This document shows, in pieces, positions 16,187 through 31,134 of a DNA stretch of 64,000 bases. This stretch comes from Octopus vulgaris (Eukaryota), in NCBI GenBank assembly GCA_951406725.2, contig OX597824.1:91636001-91700000 (forward strand), in the 5' to 3' direction. The notes under the pieces were generated by a model, which was not told the origin of the DNA, made no database searches, and was given only the letters and a program-made list of their open reading frames with translations. Made by a program: the position numbers and the translations under genes. Each line of letters starts with the position of its first letter. Within the stretch, counting starts at the first letter, position 1.

Positions 16187-16345
16187 AAATTTAAGGACTG
16201 ACCACTAAAAAAATGGACAGCCTATATGCTAGATATAGACGTCAAAATCGCCATTTTCCACGAAGAATGTGATTGGCGATCTTGACGTCTATATCTAGCA
16301 TATAGGCAATCCATTTTTTTAGTGGTCAGTCCTCTAAATTTTGTA
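16183..16345. repeat. Fold-back (inverted repeat) element, ~70-bp arms, ~20-nt spacer
   Basis: tacaaaattt.aggactgaccactaaaaaaatgga..gcctatatgctagatatagacgtcaa.atcgcca and its reverse complement. A partial relative lies at 5671-5712. Confidence 0.9.
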
Positions 16346-16354
16346 TGTAAAGAA

Positions 16355-16487
16355 TCCACTCACAAGGCTTTGGTCGGCCCGAGGCTATAGTAGAAGACAC
16401 TTGCCCAAGGTGCCACATAGTGGGACTGAACCCGGAACCATGTGGTTGGTAAGCAAGCTTTTTACCACACAGCCACTCCGACGCCTA
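16355..16487 (-). mobile_element. SINE family A head
   Basis: Near-identical reverse complement of 32058-32190. Confidence 0.9.
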
Positions 16488-16874
16488 TGGTAGGATAATA
16501 TCTTATGTTTCAGTAGGTCATGCTTGGGGATCCAGCTGGAAAGGGTAATGACGGTTCATTGTGGAATGACCCTATGGAGAAAATGCCAGAGGAATCTACC
16601 ACTACTAGCTTCCCATGAATAATGGTCGGAGAAAATAGGTCGAAGGGATAATGGATGAAATTACCTGTCATTTACATAATTTTACTGACAGCTGTAAGGT
16701 CATAAATATCTGAAAATCTTTATGAAAAGTTTGACAATATGTTGATGAATGTTCTGCTAATTTATTCCTGAAAATAATTACTTGCGTAATGCTTTAAAAA
16801 CAGGCAAACTATATTTATATTTTTATTGCTATAGTAAATATGTATGTACAAATATATATGTATGTATATATATG

Positions 16875-16938
<64 letters not shown>

Positions 16939-16953
16939 CATATTTACTATAGC

Positions 16954-17062
<109 letters not shown>

Positions 17063-17338
17063 ATATATGTATATATATATATATATATGTAATTATGTAA
17101 AATCGTAGTTATTTTAATTATTTTAATTAAAGAGTAATAATTTGTGTCTAATCTATTACTTATTTTTGTAATTTGAGAAAATATATTTTAATAGGAGCAT
17201 TTATCAATTAACTCATATCCGAAAGTTAATCAAGTGAAAATATTTCTCATTCGAATGAGTTTCTGAGTTTCTCATATTTATATATACTGCGTTTACACAC
17301 ACACACATATGCACATACAAACATACAAACATACATAC

Positions 17339-17372
<34 letters not shown>

Positions 17373-17504
17373 TTATATTTATATATATATATATATATAT
17401 TATCTTTTACTTGTTCCAATAATTGGAAGATTTTAATCGAACGTACCAATACCAATATCAATCATGAACCGCACCAGCACCAGTTGTCAAGCAGTGATGG
17501 GGAG

Positions 17505-17561
<57 letters not shown>

Positions 17562-17741
17562 AAACGAGCTTCTTTCAATTTCCGTCTATCAAATCAACTC
17601 ACAAGGCACTCGTCGGCCCGAGGCTATAGTAGAAGACACCTGCCCAAGGTGCCACGCAGTGGGGCTGGACCCGGAACCATGTGGTTGGGAAGGAAGCTTT
17701 TTACCACAAAGCTACCCCTACCCCATATATATATATATGTA

Positions 17742-17797
17742 TTCTACTGAAGAGGAAAATTCCATGGGATTAATCCCGAAATAGATTCAATATAGAA
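17742..17797 (+). ncRNA. Type I hammerhead ribozyme motif
   Basis: ttcta-CTGAAGA-gg...cc-GAAA-tagattcaa-TA-tagaa: 5-bp stem I, canonical core, near-palindromic stem III. Begins just after (TA)n. Confidence 0.6.
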
Positions 17798-18861
17798 ATA
17801 ACGAACATTTAAAAAAAAAATTCTGTTGACTAGCTTTCCCGATTTTAGCACGTCGTATATTTATAGTGAGTGTATAATGATATGTGGAAATTGACGATTT
17901 AAAAGTCTGTTACCAGCATATTGGTATGGAAATAATTTTTCTTTTGGCCCTTGTTTATAAGTTGTATATATATATTTTCCAATTTGCTCGACTAAAAAGG
18001 TGGTACTCCAGCATGGCCACAGTCAAGTGAAAGAGTAAAAGAGTAAAGAGTAAAAAGTACTTATATATATATGGGCGCAGATAGAAGAATCGTTAGCGCG
18101 CCGGGCGAAATGTTTTCAGGGTCGATTAGATAAGTACCAGCTGCCAACTGGGGTCGATGTAATCAACTTAATACTGTTATGTGTCCTTGTTTGTCCCCTC
18201 TATGCTTAGCCTCCTGTGGGCAATAAAGAAATACACACACTCACACATACATACACACATATATTTACATACATGTGTGCATGTGTATGTGTGTGTGTAC
18301 ATATATTAATGAGTAAGTAATTACTATGTTAATAAGAGTGATTAGTACTTAAATATATTTCACGATGAATATTTGCTTCATCAACAGAACCAATCCTTTC
18401 AATATATAGCGATATATAACTAATTGTATTTAAAATGTCATCTTAGGAATTTTACGTACTCTGTTCAAGATTACGTCCTTTTACAGGATTATGTCCCTGT
18501 TATATATGCTTAGATATATTCTCGCTGACTTAAATATAGGAAGATCTCTATTTCTTGTACTCACAAGATCGTGTTAATGCAATAATATAAAGGTGGAGAG
18601 AAAGCCCTTTTTCTATATATATATATATATATAAATTAAATTAGAGATAAAACCACTATTAGGCAAATCAAACAGTGAAAAACATAAACCAAAACATAAA
18701 AATAAAAATAATTAATATAATTTACAAAATACATAAAATATAAAATTTAAAATTTAAATTATTTAAATTTAAAATTATTAATTTATATTTATATCTATAA
18801 TTTTTTAATTCATAATTATATATAACTATAAAAAACTATTAAAAACCTTATTATAAGATAA

Positions 18862-18911
<50 letters not shown>

Positions 18912-18913
18912 AC

Positions 18914-18944
<31 letters not shown>

Positions 18945-18946
<2 letters not shown>

Positions 18947-19123
18947 TCGGTAGCCACTACACATATTTTTTTATCTCCTTGTTTCTCTCGTTTCTTTCTG
19001 TGTTCCTTTCCGTAGAAGAGCGTAGGCTCGAAACGTAAAAGACTGTTTCAATTCCCGACCGTTATACTAATACATCTGTTTGTTTTCTACACCACTTCTT
19101 CTTGTGTTTTTTTCGTGAATTCT

Positions 19124-19126
<3 letters not shown>
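18945..19126 (+). mobile_element. Hammerhead-bearing short element (family HA)
   Basis: cttt-CCGTAGA-A-GAGC-gtag-GCTC-GAAA-CG-TA-aaag at 19006-19041; flanked by microsatellites. Confidence 0.8.
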
Positions 19127-19168
<42 letters not shown>

Positions 19169-19203
19169 CAATGTATATATGCATACAGACACAGACACAC
19201 ACA

Positions 19204-19241
<38 letters not shown>

Positions 19242-20178
19242 TATATATATGTATATGTGTGGAGCAACAGTGGCTGGGCTTTGAGGGACTCCTGTGATTC
19301 TGCGCTGCGGACATCGTCGAATAACATTACTCCAGAAATCCTTCAGGTAAACCCCATTTCGGCCGTAAGTATTATTGATCATGCCAGCAACATTCATTCG
19401 AAATTGGAACGAAACAAATGCTCACAACCTTACCAATTCTAAACAATATCACATCGATCATTCCTACGTTACCGTCACTTCGGAATGCTCCCACCAACTC
19501 CATCGTCATTGAAATTATGTATATCTATCGGTTCCACCACCACACCATGTCGTTTGTGTCCCTGTCTATTCTTTAACTGTATATTTATCTTCCATTCTAT
19601 GAAGTCCACAATTTAATCACCTGCACCACATCACAACTTGAAGGAGCCCCAGGGCGCTACAAAAGAGATTTTGCATTTTAATTCATGGAGTTAAAAATCG
19701 TGTCACGTAGGCTTCTGTGAATTCCTTATGCAACGTAACCTAATAACGTTCCTTTAGACTCTTCACACACACACATACACACTCACACACACACACACAC
19801 ACTCAAAATACATACACGTACAAATGTATGCGTTTACATGTATATATATATATTGTGTATATAATACATATATGTATATACATAACATATACGAAGAAAT
19901 ATTAAAGTATATAGGTATAGTATATATATATACTCGTGTGGCATCGTCCGTTTTTTCTGTCCTTGTTTCGTATACATTCGATCCTTTTTCCAAGAAATCT
20001 AATGCTCTTAGCTTAGTTTTTCCTTGGGGCTGGCCAGATGGGAGCAATCTCAAGATTAATCAGACGAAATTGCGAGGATGATCCGGTTCTTGACTGAAGA
20101 TTGAAGGCTTCGAATGTCCCGTCCGTGTTTTTTGTATCGTCTTCTAAATGTTTTGCGTTCTTGTCCCAGCTTGTATTC

Positions 20179-20249
<71 letters not shown>

Positions 20250-21130
20250 CACGCACACATATATATATATAACAAACGAAGGACAGAAGACGGAATATAT
20301 ATATATATATTAATATAAATATATAAATGTATGCATACTCACATATATATAGACATGCATGTAAATTGCTACGAATAAATATACATGTCATATATACACA
20401 AATATATGTATATATTCATACATACATACATAAATATATGTAAATATACACTTATGTATATATACATATGTACATATATACACCTATGTATATATATATA
20501 TATATATATATATAACATGTGTATACACACGTATGAATACAAGTGCATGTGTGTTGGTGTAAATTTATTAAGCTGGAGCTATAAGCCATCCATATTGACA
20601 TAAAGATACGTATCCGAGATAATCCAACATCCGATGCTAGCTTTGCCAAAACGAACCAACCAAAATTATTCAAACAAACGCAGGCACACACTCACACACA
20701 AACAGAAGCACATGGCATATTCATACGCACACAAATAAACATACTTACACATACATGCGCTGTCCCATTGAAAGTGTCACAGAAAAAAGTTAAATAAAAT
20801 GCTAGCTAATCTCCTTAACGCACCAGTGGCGTGATTTTTTTCGTTCGTCCAGCGGAGACATAAATAAGAAACCTGAAAATATCTGATGTCACTCAGACGA
20901 ACCATCCACTTAAGATATGAATTGTCGCCATTTTGGTTCTCTTACACCTATGCTTATTACTTCCGTTTCTTTTTTTCTTTCTTCGTTTTCATCTTCGTTT
21001 GTCTTCTATGCATGCATGCATGCATGTATGTATGCATGTATGTATGTATGTATGTATGTATGTATGTATGTATGTATGTATGTATGTATGTATGTATGTA
21101 TGTATGTATGTATGTATGCGTGTGTCTATG

Positions 21131-21167
<37 letters not shown>

Positions 21168-21317
21168 GCATGCATGTATGCTATGTATGCATACATGTAT
21201 ATATAAATATATATACATACAAACATATATAAATATACACACGCATGTATATATAGGAGTATATATATCGATACAAATGCTATACTACAAATATACATAA
21301 AAATAATATATATATGC

Positions 21318-21350
<33 letters not shown>

Positions 21351-21677
21351 CACACACATACATATATATATGTATAGGTATCAATATATATGTATATATG
21401 GATATATATGTGTATATCTGTGTATGTAGATTTCGGAAGAGTATGCATACCCACACACGCATATATAAGTAAATATAAATATCAGTATACATATATGTGT
21501 ATAGAAAAGTGTATAAAATACACATAACATTCACATGTATACAAGTACGAAATAAAATATGCGTAATTAACAATATATCGCATATACATACATATATACA
21601 TACATGAATAGTTTATGTTTAGAAACAGCTCGTCCCACGAACAGACACCCACAAACAAAAACACCCCCACATGTATG

Positions 21678-21708
<31 letters not shown>

Positions 21709-21722
21709 TGTATATATAAATA

Positions 21723-21774
<52 letters not shown>

Positions 21775-21804
21775 TAAATAAATATGCGTGTGTATATATA
21801 CATA

Positions 21805-21852
<48 letters not shown>

Positions 21853-22295
21853 GAATGCCTACATACACATACTTACGCGCACACAGGCTCTCGCACACAG
21901 GTACGCAAGCGCGTACATACACACATATATATGGTATGTTTTGTGTCGAGTACTTTAGCGTTGTACATTTTATTTGTTTAGAAATTTCATTTACGTCTTG
22001 AATGTCTCTCATTCAGTTTTTCGTCGGAATGATTCTTTTCTCTTATATTTACGACTGTTTCTTTAGTTTTAGGTGTTATTTTTAGACGACTACCGTTCCT
22101 CTCAATATACATACATATATATATATGTGCATATATACATTGTCTCTCTCTCTATATATATGCATATTGACACAACAATAAATATATATATATATATATA
22201 TATGCATAACCCTTATTTATGTATATATTTATATACATATATATGTATATTGATTGATAGATAGACAGATAGATGCATACATCTATATCCAAATA

Positions 22296-22331
<36 letters not shown>

Positions 22332-22919
22332 TTATATATATAAAACTTATATATATAAAACTTATATATATAAAACTTATATATATATGAATATACATAT
22401 ATGAATATATATATATATATATATATAATAAATATAGTTTATATATATATGATATAGATATAGATATATATATAAAGATATATATAAAGATATATATATA
22501 GATATATAAATATATATATACACACACATATATATATATACATATGTGTATTTATTTATAAAAATTCTTGTATAGTGTAATTTCAAGTTTCCGTTTTCTA
22601 GTCTTATATATTTTACTTATTTGTCTACGTAGTTTTTTTTTCACGGTTTTTAGTCGGTTTTGTTTGTTTCCAAGATGGCGTTGGTCGCTAAAGTTTTAGA
22701 AAGTTCTTTCAGTGGTGGTTCTGAAGAGATATAATGATTGAATTCATGCAGCTGGAAGATATAGCTATACATCATATATTTGCTTGTATACACACACACA
22801 CATATATATACACATACATGTGTGTACGTATGTTAGTACGTATTTACGCACGTATTTTGTATGTATGTATATCTACATATATTTTTCAATACAAATATTA
22901 ATATATTAAAGTGTATACG

Positions 22920-22963
<44 letters not shown>

Positions 22964-23174
22964 CCTGTATATACGCACATGTATATGCATATATATATGT
23001 ATGTATAAGTATGTTTACTTTTGTCTGTATATGTGTATATATGAATATGTATGTATATTTATAAATATATTAATTAAAATTTTCGCTTATATACATACAT
23101 GCATATATATGTATATGCATGTAAGTATAACTGTATATGTATGTACGCATGTATATATATATGTATCTACCTAC

Positions 23175-23239
<65 letters not shown>

Positions 23240-23282
23240 CTTCTGTCTGTATATTTATGTATTCATAAACACACGCTCGTTC

Positions 23283-23318
<36 letters not shown>

Positions 23319-23429
23319 CATATACATATATACATGTACATATATATATATGTATATATATGTACATATACATACACATACACATGTACGTATGTACATG
23401 TATACATATATATACATACATATATGTAT

Positions 23430-23462
<33 letters not shown>

Positions 23463-23502
23463 CACATATATGCATATATATGCATGTATATATATGTATA
23501 TA

Positions 23503-23550
<48 letters not shown>

Positions 23551-24638
23551 GAGTGTACATATGTGAAAATTTCTTCCTCTATCCGAACACACAGCGGTGT
23601 GTAGATAGGTATGCATGTATAAATAGATGAATATAACGTGAATACAGTTTTAATTTTTGTTTCGTCTGTTTTTCTCTTCGTTAGACCGTGTTTCTTGTGT
23701 TTAGTGAAACATACATACCTGGAGGTACTCTAAATATACATTCGCACATATAATCAAGACCCGTCCGCTCATTCGCAACAACACGGGAATACACCGACGA
23801 ACGCAAACAGATTCACGCCCACACACTCACATGCGCACACATATGACTTTAATGCACACTCATGTATGTATGTATGTATGTATGTATGTATGTATGTATG
23901 TATGTATGCTATAAATATATACACATACTTGTATATATACTTATATATATATACACACATATACATATATATATATATCTATATATATCTATATATATAT
24001 ACACACACATATATATATGTATAAATATATGTATATATATTATATATTATATTATATATATATATATGTATATATATTTTTTGGTTATGTATATATATAT
24101 ATATATATACATAAATATATGTATATATATATACATTCATATGTATATATATATATATAATCATGTATATATACATATATACACATATACATATATATAT
24201 ATACATATATATATATATACATAAATGAATATATTTTAAATAATTAAGTACATGTATACACTATATATTTCTTATGCACATGAATATATATTTATATATG
24301 TATGTATGTATATATATATATATATATATACATGTATATATAATTACATGTTTGTGTGTGTGTTTGTGTGTGTATTTGTGTGTGTGTTTGTGTACATGTG
24401 TACGTCTGGGCGTGTAAATACACACACAGACAAACACACTCACACACACATATTTATTCATACACTCTTGTGCGATCGTATGAATTTGTATGTATAAATA
24501 TATGTCTGTGTGTGTTTGTACGTATATATGCACGCGTTGCGTTTACGTATTGTATTATGAGTATGTAAATATATCTCTGTTTTTACACATATATGCATAT
24601 ATGTTTGTGCATGTATATTTGTTTATGTGCGTATATAT

Positions 24639-24687
<49 letters not shown>

Positions 24688-25000
24688 GTGTGTGAATACA
24701 CACACATACCTACACATACAAACAGAGCCGCGATCTCTTAATTTTTTCTGTCCGTCTCTCTCTCTCTCTCTCTCTCCCTCCCTCTCTTTCTCTCTCTCTC
24801 TCTCCCTCCCTCTCTTTCTCTCTCTCTCTCTCCCTCCCTCTCTTTCTCTCTCTCTCTCTTTCACACAGTCAAAGGCACATCCACACACTCCGATGGATAC
24901 ATATATGTGATAACTACCTCTGGATATTTTATGCAACTAAGAAATCAGGAAAGAAACAGAAATGAAGGGAATAGTCCAAATCGAAGTAAAAGATTTATAG

Positions 25001-25316
25001 ACATACATACGTACATACATACATACATACATACATACATACATACATACATACATACATACATACATACATACATACATACATACATACATACATACAT
25101 ACATACATACACACACACATACATACATACATACATACATACATACACATACATACATACATACATACATACATACACACACATACATACATACATACAT
25201 ACATACATACATACATACATACACACACACATACATACACACATACATACATACATACATACATACATACATACATACATACATACATACATACATACAT
25301 ACATACATACATACAT

Positions 25317-25349
<33 letters not shown>

Positions 25350-25516
25350 TACACACACACACACATACATACATACATACATACATACATACATACACAC
25401 ACACATACATACATACATACATACATACATACATACATACATACATACATACATACACACACATACATACATACATACATACATACATACACACACACAT
25501 ACATACATACATACAT

Positions 25517-25547
<31 letters not shown>

Positions 25548-25611
25548 TACACACACACACACATACATACATACATACATACATACATACATACATACAT
25601 ACATACATACA

Positions 25612-25641
<30 letters not shown>
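25001..25641. repeat. ~640 bp (CATA)n/(CA)n microsatellite
   Basis: Directly visible; abuts the LINE fragment at 25642. Confidence 0.97.
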
Positions 25642-25643
<2 letters not shown>

Positions 25644-26088
25644 GTAACAAGAAATATCAACCAAATATCTGATGCACGAACGGGATTGAGAAGCAGGGAA
25701 AGCAATAAAATACGACAACCGATGCAGACTTTGTGGAGTTCACACTGAAGATATTACCCACATCATATGGGTAATATCATCACGGTATCATCTATCGATG
25801 AGACATGATGTACCTAGGACACGCTATAATGAAATTCGTTGGACAATGAAATAAGAACCCACAGTATGGTAGAAGCCGTAGCCACACATAGTAAAAAGGA
25901 ATAATGGTGGAATATCCTTGTGAAGACCTCAATAAAATGTAAGCACAACAGGCCTGATATAATGATTTAGGATAAAGAAGAGAAACTGTGTAGTCATGGA
26001 AATGAGCTACCCAGCTGAAGATAAGCTGAAGATAAATGGAACAGCGAATGTCTTCGATGAATATTGAGAAATCTGCAATTACTCTATC
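25642..26088 (+). mobile_element. RLE (R4/Dong-type) LINE fragment: zinc knuckle plus start of the endonuclease
   Basis: EISTKYL...CRLCGVHTEDITHII (CCHC), MRHD, WWNILVKTSIKCKHNRPDIMI; stops and frameshifts present. Confidence 0.85.
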
Positions 26089-26764
26089 ATGAGTCAGTCA
26101 CTGGTTTCCATGTCGTGTAAGTGACCAAGGTCAGAACACACTCTTGGGATGGGACGCCAGTCCGTCGCAGGTTTATTCATTTACAGCTGAGTGAACAGAG
26201 CAACGTGGAGGAAGTGATTTGCGCAAGAGCACAACACACCACCCGGCCCTAGTATCGAAACCACGACCTTGGTATCGTGGATGCAACGCCCTAAACGCTA
26301 CACCACACACCCACTCAATGCAATTATTGCGTTGGTTGATTACTTTTACTGATTTTATATCAAAAGTGTTTATTTTATTGAATTATTTCTGGATTGTTAT
26401 ATAATTTAATCAAGTCGAATGCTTGAATCTCCTATTAATAACTGGCGATTACGTTATCATATTAATAATTTTTGTTGCATTGTTTTAATGATGGAAAATC
26501 AAAAAGATATTCCTGGTATATCTGAGGTTTGATTGAGGCTTGCGTAAACATTAAATATATTTATTTGTGTTTTCGCATTCATTGAGGTTTTTAGTGTATT
26601 CTGATGCATACGTTTTTATATCGTTGATTTATTCAACGGCACACACACACACATGCGTTTCTGATTGTGTGTGTGTATATATATGCCGATACGCGCGTAT
26701 ATTCACGTACACTCACTCATATATATTTATATATGCAAGTAGATGTATACTCTTTTCTATTTCT

Positions 26765-27270
26765 AATTAATTAATTTCTTCCTTTGAAGAGAGAACTGGT
26801 TTCTAACGAAGAGGCAAAGTTCCATCGTTGGAATATAGTTGACGAAAATAATGTCACATCTTAAACTTGAGATTGTCTTGAATATTTTTACTGTTCCATT
26901 TATGGATTGTACTTGTAAGGTGCGAGTTGTTTGATTTCTTGTCCTGAAAACCCAAGCTTATCCAGATTATCAGTTAGGCAGTTACGCACAAAACCAAGAG
27001 CACCAATTATTACTGGAATAAATATGAATTTGTAATTTGGATATAAAAGCTGTGTTTCGAAGCAGTTATCTACAGCTATATTCTTTTTCTTTGATTTTCA
27101 AAGAGATATTCACGACAGGAGAGCTGACTCCTAAAACGGTACATACTTCTCCTTGTCTGTCCCAAACAACAATATCCGGCCAGTTATGTTTACACTTCCC
27201 AGATGTTTTGATGGTAATGTTCCACCAATATTCTTAGTGTTGGTGCTTGTGTATATCTGGTTAATGTACA
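26765..27270 (-). mobile_element. RLE LINE 3' fragment with 3' UTR, divergent subfamily
   Basis: Minus translation KEYWWNITIKTSGKCKHNWPDIVVWDR...YPNYKFIFIPVIIGALGFVRNCLTDNLDKLGFS; the UTR shares ttagaaacc.gttct with 60004-60080. Confidence 0.8.
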
Positions 27271-27369
27271 ATCAGAATATGTATGGTTATAGGGGTGTAT
27301 CTCCCAAATGCAAAGAGAAGCTCGATAACAAACAAACAGACAGAGGCTACAACTTTATATGTATATGAA

Positions 27370-27600
27370 GGCGGTGAGCTGGCAGAAACGTTAGCACACC
27401 GGGCGAAATGCGTAGCCGTATTTCGTCTAACGTTACGTTCTGAGTTCAAATTCCGCCGAGGTCGACTTTGCCTTTCATCCTTCCGGGGTCGATAAATAAA
27501 GTACCAGTTACGCACTGGGGTCGATGTAATCGACTTAATCCGTTTGTCTGTCCTTGTTTGTCCCCTCTATGTTTAGCCCCTTGTAAGCAGTAAAGAAATA
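27370..27600 (+). mobile_element. SINE family B, full copy (others 35434-35652, 41428-41820, 18075-18232, 31575-31736 -, 57385-57582 -)
   Basis: tRNA-like head (gctggcagaa; gagttcaaattcc). The central gactttgcctttcatccttccggggtcgataaataaagtaccag resembles the Meta/Sauria-type SINE domain. Confidence 0.88.
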
Positions 27601-27719
27601 TATATATATAGTTAATTCGAGGAAGTTATATCCACAATAGGGATTATATAATCCAAGGTATTCCACTGGTTTAATCCTATCATATAATTCGAAGGTCATT
27701 GGTATATGTTAGGGATTAT

Positions 27720-28680
27720 TGAAATTATCCAAACATTCACAGCATCCAAGTGTAATGATAACAGGTGTGGAACGTGTCAAAAGATGCATACGGGTAGATC
27801 CATTAGAACAAACAATGAACAGATTTTCACAAGTGCAGATATGAACTGCAAAAGCAGAAATTTCATCTATTGCATTAAATGTCGAAATTGCGTGGAACTA
27901 TACATTAGCGAGACAGGGAATGCATTATCGGAACGCTCACGAGTCCACTGACAACAAATCCGGAACATTAATGTTCACGAAATTCCATTCAGCGAACATA
28001 TATAAACATGTGGTCCGAAAATGTTTCTAATTTTTCCTTTTCACAAACTACATGACACAAATGAGGTTGGAAGAAAGATAATAGAAAAACGTTTTATTAA
28101 AATGTTCAAACCTGTTCTGAACGGAAATAACAACAATAATATAACAACCAGTTAATGATGTGGATTAAAAAATATCTTTAACATACGAATATAATTAAAT
28201 TACAAAAGACTCCTACAGTTGAAATAAAAACGATCGAAATCAACTAAGTTTGTACACTCATTAAACCATTACGTGTAAACCGCAAGCTAATTGGTTAAAA
28301 TAAAGGTGGGACCTATGCCAGTAATATCGGTGTGCCCGGAAAACCGTGACTTTTTAAGATGCATGCTGATTGGTCAAAACTGTATAAAAAAAATTCAGCT
28401 TGTTGGAGCCTTCTAAAAAGTATAAAAAGGAAGACGTCAGCTGCCAAGAACTCATTTGTGAGTTAAATACAATTTGAAATCTGATGATTACTACGATCGT
28501 ATGAAAGCGCAAATCGAACTTTATGTACATTACAAAATATTTTATTAATGTTTAACACACTTCAACATTGTAAAGAAATGTTTTTTAAATGCAATAATAA
28601 AAAACGTGAAAACCAAATCATGTAATTTTTATTAAACTGATATATTATTCTATACACATTTACACAAATTCGGAATATAT
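27720..28680 (+). mobile_element. Penelope-like retroelement 3' fragment: disrupted GIY-YIG endonuclease (to 28155) plus pLTR-like tail
   Basis: CNDNRCGTC...MNCKSRNFIYCIKCRNCVELYISETGNALSERSRVH*QQIR...PFSEHI*TC...IEKRFIKMFKPVLN. The tail has ATTGG boxes, TATAAAA (28383, 28421) and CTGATGA...GAAAGCGC (28481-28510). Confidence 0.88.
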
Positions 28681-28681
28681 A

Positions 28682-28722
<41 letters not shown>

Positions 28723-28731
28723 GTATACACA

Positions 28732-28824
<93 letters not shown>

Positions 28825-30344
28825 ACACATATACACCTATCTAATATTTGTGCGTGTGTGTGTGTGTGCGTGTGGTATATAAGAGATAAAGAGGGGACAG
28901 AGAGAGATGTAGAGAGACTCTAAGAAAGGAAGGCAACTGGATACGTGCTTAAAGAGCTAAACATAAGCTGTTCGCTGTCACATATACGAATGGCTTACTC
29001 TGCTCATCTATCTCTACTCAGACTTGTTCATCTATATGTACACACACACACTCACGCACCACATACAAATGCTCGCGAACACACCCACGCATACTCATGT
29101 AAGTATATTTCCAGAGGGTGACAAGTTGGAAAAAAGAACTTTGTCCAGTATTTTAAAATAAAATACTGGAAGATACGTCTGAGAGTAAATAAAAATATTT
29201 AATCCATAATCGTTAGTCCGACAAAATATATTCTGTTTCGCCTATGGCTCATACGTATATGCACACATTGGTGTGTGAGTGTGTGTGGTGTGTTTGTGTG
29301 TGTGTGTGTGTGTGTATATGTACGCAAGTCAGTCCAAACACAATGCTTATGATTCTATTTCGGACTTTGTATATAAATATAGGTGTATATATATGTGTAT
29401 GTGAGTTTATGTTTGTGTTTGTGTTTTTGTGTGTGTATACTTGTGTGTGTGTGTGTGTTTGTGTCTTGCGTATGTGTATGTGTGCGTGACTGTGTGTGTG
29501 TTTGTGTTTTGTGTATGTATATGCGTGTGGGTTTCTATGATGTGTGAATGTTTGTGTGTGTACATGTGTGTACTTGTGTGATGAGTGTGTGTTTGTGTGT
29601 GTGTTTGTGGGTGTGTTTGTGGGTGTGCTTGAATATATGTGTACATGTGTTCTGTGTGTGCTGTGTGTGTTTGTGTTTTGTGTGTGTACATGTGTGTATG
29701 CTTGTATGATGAGTGTGTGTGTGTTTGTGGGTGTGCTTGAATATTTGTGTACCTGTGTTCTGTGTGTGACGTGTGTGTTTGTCTCTTCTGTGTCTATGCG
29801 CGTGTGTATGAATGTGTGTGTAGCAGCAAACACGCATTTATTTTAATTTTATTTTATTTTATTTCATCTAGTTTCAGCTCACGAGCTGCGGCCATGCTCG
29901 GGCACCGCCATATGTATACAGAAATATACACCAAGTCGGAAACCCAAAGAAACAAAGCGACACGTCTCCTCTCAGCACGCGATAAAGAAGAAAACCGTAT
30001 AAACATAACACAACGGCCCTCAAAGTACAAATGGGCAAATTCTGGCTCCCTGGCCTAGTCCAGTTTATAAATAGATCCGAAAATCGCCGAAATTATTGTG
30101 AATTATTCATATCAGTGCCTTACAAACTCCTAATTTTTTTTTTTTTTCGTTTCAGTATTTTTCAATTTCCTACAAAACGCAAATTCGCGGAAACTACCAC
30201 GGAATTACTTTTTCATATCCGAAGAGATCTTATTTTGGAAAGATCTGTACGGATATGAAAATAAGTGCATGAATATATATAAACGAAATAAATACGTAAA
30301 TAAATAAACGAAAATAGGATATGATAATAATAATAATAATAATG

Positions 30345-30405
<61 letters not shown>

Positions 30406-30783
30406 TAATAATAATGATGATAATAATAATAATAATAATAATGATAATAATGAGAAGAAGAAGAAGAAGAAGAAGAAGAAGAAGAAGAAGAAGAAGAAGA
30501 AGAAGAAGAAGACGGGAATATCACTCCATCTATTAAAGTTTTGGCAAGATACTTGAGAATGTTAACTAGTTTAGAGGTGGGCCAGGTTTTATTAAAAAAT
30601 CACAGTATTTTAGGTTTTTTGTATTAGCATTTAGGGTAAAACAATTTTCTCTCTTAAGTTATCTGTCTTCTTATCTAATCTATGTCTTTTCCCATACATA
30701 CATACATACATACATACATACATACATACATACATACATACATACATACATACATACAATCATACATACATACATACATACAT

Positions 30784-31125
30784 AAAACTGAAGAACTGTG
30801 AAAAAGAGTATATCTATGCTGAACTATTGAGAAATCTGCAGTTACTCTCTATCCAGATTACAAATTCAGGTTTATACCTGCAATTAATGGGACCCTGGGA
30901 TATATAGCACACTGCCTAAATACCAATCTTGAGAGATTAGGCTTCTCAAAACTAGGAATGAGGAAGCTAATTCGAAGACTACAGATCCAATCCAACACTG
31001 GAACCGTAAAAATCTGTGAAACTTGCTAGAAGTTTATCATTTAAATATATATGAGCATGTCTAGATATGTAACTATATGCATGAGAATACATACATAAAA
31101 CATACAAATCCGCACATCCATCCAT
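30784..31125 (+). mobile_element. RLE LINE 3' fragment inserted in (CATA)n
   Basis: Homologous to the reverse complement of 60110-60445 (YAELLRNLQLL..PDYKFRFIP...IQSNTGTVKIC). Confidence 0.88.
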
Positions 31126-31134
31126 CCATCCCGT

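Noticed and set aside
16665-16709. Minus-strand micro-exon (ttttcag...CAG|gtaatt)
   Set aside because: Stops in all three frames and no supporting neighbouring exons.
22671-22680. YY1-like CAAGATGGCG promoter motif (also near 52890)
   Set aside because: Isolated short motifs with no CpG island or downstream exon evidence.
30209-30260. CCGAAGA...GAAAGATC hammerhead
   Set aside because: No UH site or stem II closure; better explained as a simple imperfect palindrome.
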